NCBI RefSeq assembly: GCF_001194135.2
Contig: NC_068986.1
Coordinates: 20,050,338-20,087,287 of the forward strand
Direction: 5' to 3'
DNA length: 36,950 bases
DNA from: Octopus bimaculoides
Taxonomy: Eukaryota
The position numbers and the translations under genes are program-made. Below are positions 33,720 to 36,950 of this stretch, one piece after another. Every line of letters starts with the position of its first letter. Position 1 is the first letter of the stretch. The notes below the pieces were generated by a model. That model did no database searches. It saw nothing but the letters and a program-made list of their open reading frames with translations, and was not told where the DNA came from.

Positions 33720-34743
33720 CAAGAATAAGGGCAAGGAATCGTCAATTAGTNNNNNNNNNNNNNNNNNNNNNNNNNNNNNNNNNNNNNNNNNNNNNNNNNN
33801 NNNNNNNNNNNNNNNNNNNNNNNNNNNNNNNNNNNNNNNNNNNNNNNNNNNNNNNNNNNNNNNNNNNNNNNNNNNNNNNNNNNNNNNNNNNNNNNNNNNN
33901 NNNNNNNNNNNNNNNNNNNNNNNNNNNNNNNNNNNNNNNNNNNNNNNNNNNNNNNNNNNNNNNNNNNNNNNNNNNNNNNNNNNNNNNNNNNNNNNNNNNN
34001 NNNNNNNNNNNNNNNNNNNNNNNNNNNNNNNNNNNNNNNNNNNNNNNNNNNNNNNNNNNNNNNNNNNNNNNNNNNNNNNNNNNNNNNNNNNNNNNNNNNN
34101 NNNNNNNNNNNNNNNNNNNNNNNNNNNNNNNNNNNNNNNNNNNNNNNNNNNNNNNNNNNNNNNNNNNNNNNNNNNNNNNNNNNNNNNNNNNNNNNNNNNN
34201 NNNNNNNNNNNNNNNNNNNNNNNNNNNNNNNNNNNNNNNNNNNNNNNNNNNNNNNNNNNNNNNNNNNNNNNNNNNNNNNNNNNNNNNNNNNNNNNNNNNN
34301 NNNNNNNNNNNNNNNNNNNNNNNNNNNNNNNNNNNNNNNNNNNNNNNNNNNNNNNNNNNNNNNNNNNNNNNNNNNNNNNNNNNNNNNNNNNNNNNNNNNN
34401 NNNNNNNNNNNNNNNNNNNNNNNNNNNNNNNNNNNNNNNNNNNNNNNNNNNNNNNNNNNNNNNNNNNNNNNNNNNNNNNNNNNNNNNNNNNNNNNNNNNN
34501 NNNNNNNNNNNNNNNNNNNNNNNNNNNNNNNNNNNNNNNNNNNNNNNNNNNNNNNNNNNNNNNNNNNNNNNNNNNNNNNNNNNNNNNNNNNNNNNNNNNN
34601 GAGAAGCAACTCAATGCTAATCCCTGTATATTTATGATGATAAATGGTTTTACCGATAAAGGTATTTTTCATACTGAACTACTTGGCAAAATTGTTAATT
34701 ATTAATTCTATTACTAATTGACGATTCCCTGCCCTTATTCTTG
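33720..34743. mobile_element. TA-flanked TIR element (MITE or DNA transposon); interior mostly N-gap
   Basis: CAAGAATAAGGGCAAGGAATCGTCAATTAGT (33720-33750) matches the reverse complement of 34713-34743 at 30/31 positions. Both ends lie in (TA)n. Confidence 0.82.
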
Positions 34744-34778
<35 letters not shown>

Positions 34779-34849
34779 TTCAATGGTATTCGGGCGCTCA
34801 AACGAATTACAGGCATGGTAGCGGTGAATATTATTAGTTGTCTCTTGCA

Positions 34850-34909
34850 GATCTGACTGAAGAGAATCAAGTGCCCTTGGCGATAAATTCGAAATCAAGA
34901 TATCAGATT
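34850..34909 (+). ncRNA. Putative type I hammerhead ribozyme
   Basis: Core CUGAAGA (34857-63), stem II GAAU/AUUC with G10.1-C11.1, GAA-A (34891-94), stem III AUC/GAU, AUA triplet and stem I GAUCUGA/UCAGAUU. Confidence 0.7.
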
Positions 34910-35463
34910 CACTGACATTCCTTCTGTTTCCTTTGTAGAGTTAAAACGCTATTCTTATTCACTAAATCATTTTTCCTACCATGACTGTATTAATTTAGTA
35001 ATTCTTCAGTGACTTAGAGTAATTTGACTGCTACTTTTAGCGAAGTAAGTGCTTATGTAGCACCCTAGTACATATAGATATATTTATATCATATATAATT
35101 ATTAATTTTGCCTATACGGTTTTTACGCTCGCACCCACTAACGTTATTATTTTTAATAATAATAATNNNNNNNNNNNNNNNNNNNNNNNNNNNNNNNNNN
35201 NNNNNNNNNNNNNNNNNNNNNNNNNNNNNNNNNNNNNNNNNNNNNNNNNNNNNNNNNNNNNNNNNNNNNNNNNNNNNNNNNNNNNNNNNNNNNNNNNNNN
35301 NNNNNNNNNNNNNNNNNNNNNNNNNNNNNNNNNNNNNNNNNNNNNNNNNNNNNNNNNNNNNNNNNNNNNNNNNNNNNNNNNNNNNNNNNNNNNNNNNNNN
35401 NNNNNNNNNNNNNNNNNNNNNNNNNNNNNNNNNNNNNNNNNNNNNNNNNNNNNNNNNNNNNNN

Positions 35464-35720
35464 AAAGAAACAAAAGACGAAGACAGGTGTGTAAACAACA
35501 AACAGATGTATTAGTCTAACGCTCGGGAAGGTGAGAAAGTCTTTTACGTTTCGAGCCTACGCTCTTCAACAGAAAGGAACACGAGAAAATAAATAGAGAA
35601 TAAAAAAAAGCTTTAGTGGCTAGCGGTCGATCATGGCGATGGCCGAACAGAAGTGGTCAGACAGGAGAGCTAGGAAGAAGGGGAGATAATAAAGTAGTGG
35701 TGATACCAAAACGAAGATGC
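35464..35720 (-). mobile_element. Penelope-like terminal-repeat remnant with variant minimal hammerhead
   Basis: The minus strand reads CTTT-CTGTTGA-A-GAGC-GTAG-GCTC-GAAACGTA-AAAG at 35576-35541, the same architecture as 8750-8784. Confidence 0.62.
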
Positions 35721-36604
35721 GCGCGTGTGTGTATGTGAGAGCGTGTGTGTGTGTGTGGATTGGGGCTGGTGACCTTGACGTGTGGATGTGTGCATGTGTA
35801 GGTGTGTGGATGATGGTGTAGGTGTTGGGAAGTGGTCAGTGCTAGTGTGTGCGGGGTGGTGTGATGTGGTGTGGGGTGGTGTAGCATGGTGTGGTTTGGG
35901 TGCTGGGAAGTGGTCAATGCTAGTGTATGCGTGTATGTATGTGTGAGTATATATGCAAATTAATTCATACATATATATGCACATACCTACACACACACAC
36001 ATACATACACGCACGCACGCACATATATGCATAGAAATACATAAGAATGTGCGCATGTGCGTTTGTGTGTCTGCGTATATGTATGACTGCATTGTCCAAT
36101 GCACCTTCTTTTTTAAGACATAAAGATATATTTGGATGGGGCTTTGCTGCTATTTTTAGCAGGACCAACGACCAGCTAGGAGATCCAGACATACTGCCAT
36201 TGGTGGTATTGTGCTATTTTATGCTACTAACCAAATGATCATAGAAAAGAAACGAGAAAATAATCTGTATATTGAAACCACAAACTAAGCTTTATTCCGG
36301 ATGGCGAGGACTGTTAAATTAACATTCACTGTTTAATATAACGGGGTAGAATACGGGTAATCCTTCACTGCAATTATAGTAGTGACCGCTACGGAAGATG
36401 TCGATATAGAAAATAGCTTTCATTACTAATGTTCTGCAACTTATCAGCTAGAGACAATTCATGTTTTAACTATTTTGATGTGTGGTGTGATTGTTTGTTT
36501 ATTTTTATGAGATAAGTGAGAGACTGGTTTTAAAATAGTATTTTAGTCGTTCCAGCTAAAGTTAGTATTACACGGTTATATATTTAGTCTGTAGAAGGGA
36601 TGGG

Positions 36605-36777
36605 TGGAGACATGTCTGAGTGGTAGAAGAAAAAGAAATTTGCTTCGCAACCACGTCCTTCCGGGCTGACCAATTTCTGGGAACAAGTAGGCGTAAAGTG
36701 TGCGGAAGTCTCTCGTGTGCTGGGGTGGTTACAAAAACAGCCCCTACCCCACTCCATACATGTACACACACACACAC

Positions 36778-36811
<34 letters not shown>

Positions 36812-36950
36812 CCATTCATCTGCGAATGGGTAACCCTGAAACGTTCTGTTCAGGGATGGTACTGGCCTGCCTGCATAACCAGCAGGGTGGCATCATTCAA
36901 AAGCTACTACAGAGTGTGAAAGTGCATCGTGATCAACGGTGTATAACAAC
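36605..36950 (+). mobile_element. Degenerate SINE running off the window end
   Basis: tRNA-like head GGAGACATGTCTGAGTGG. The 3' portion GTGCATCGTGATCAACGGTGTATAACAAC resembles 16049-16080. Confidence 0.5.

Overview
This is AT-rich, microsatellite-dense eukaryotic DNA from a gapped short-read scaffold, with 10 N-gaps mostly abutting simple repeats. The repeat content looks like a coleoid cephalopod, probably Octopus; this is inferred from recognised SINE families and not verified. I found no convincing host protein-coding exon, and the ORF track is essentially microsatellite, N-gap or repeat-derived. The window is an intergenic or intronic transposon graveyard. It holds about 25 tRNA-derived SINE copies from at least 5 families, several with target-site duplications and some nested, plus decayed LINE fragments (two Tx1/L1-type, one CR1/Jockey-type, one R4/Dong-type). 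It also holds a Penelope-like GIY-YIG C-terminus, a Helitron 3' end, a Helentron/DINE-like element and several TA-flanked foldback/MITE elements. The most notable signal is a set of hammerhead-ribozyme-like motifs: one with a complete core and all three stems at 34850-34909, and several minimal Penelope-type variants at 8750, 35541, 6261 and 31988. Also notable are a pre-miRNA-like hairpin (22724-22779) and several long inverted repeats that could form dsRNA. Family labels SINE-A to SINE-E are my own working names.
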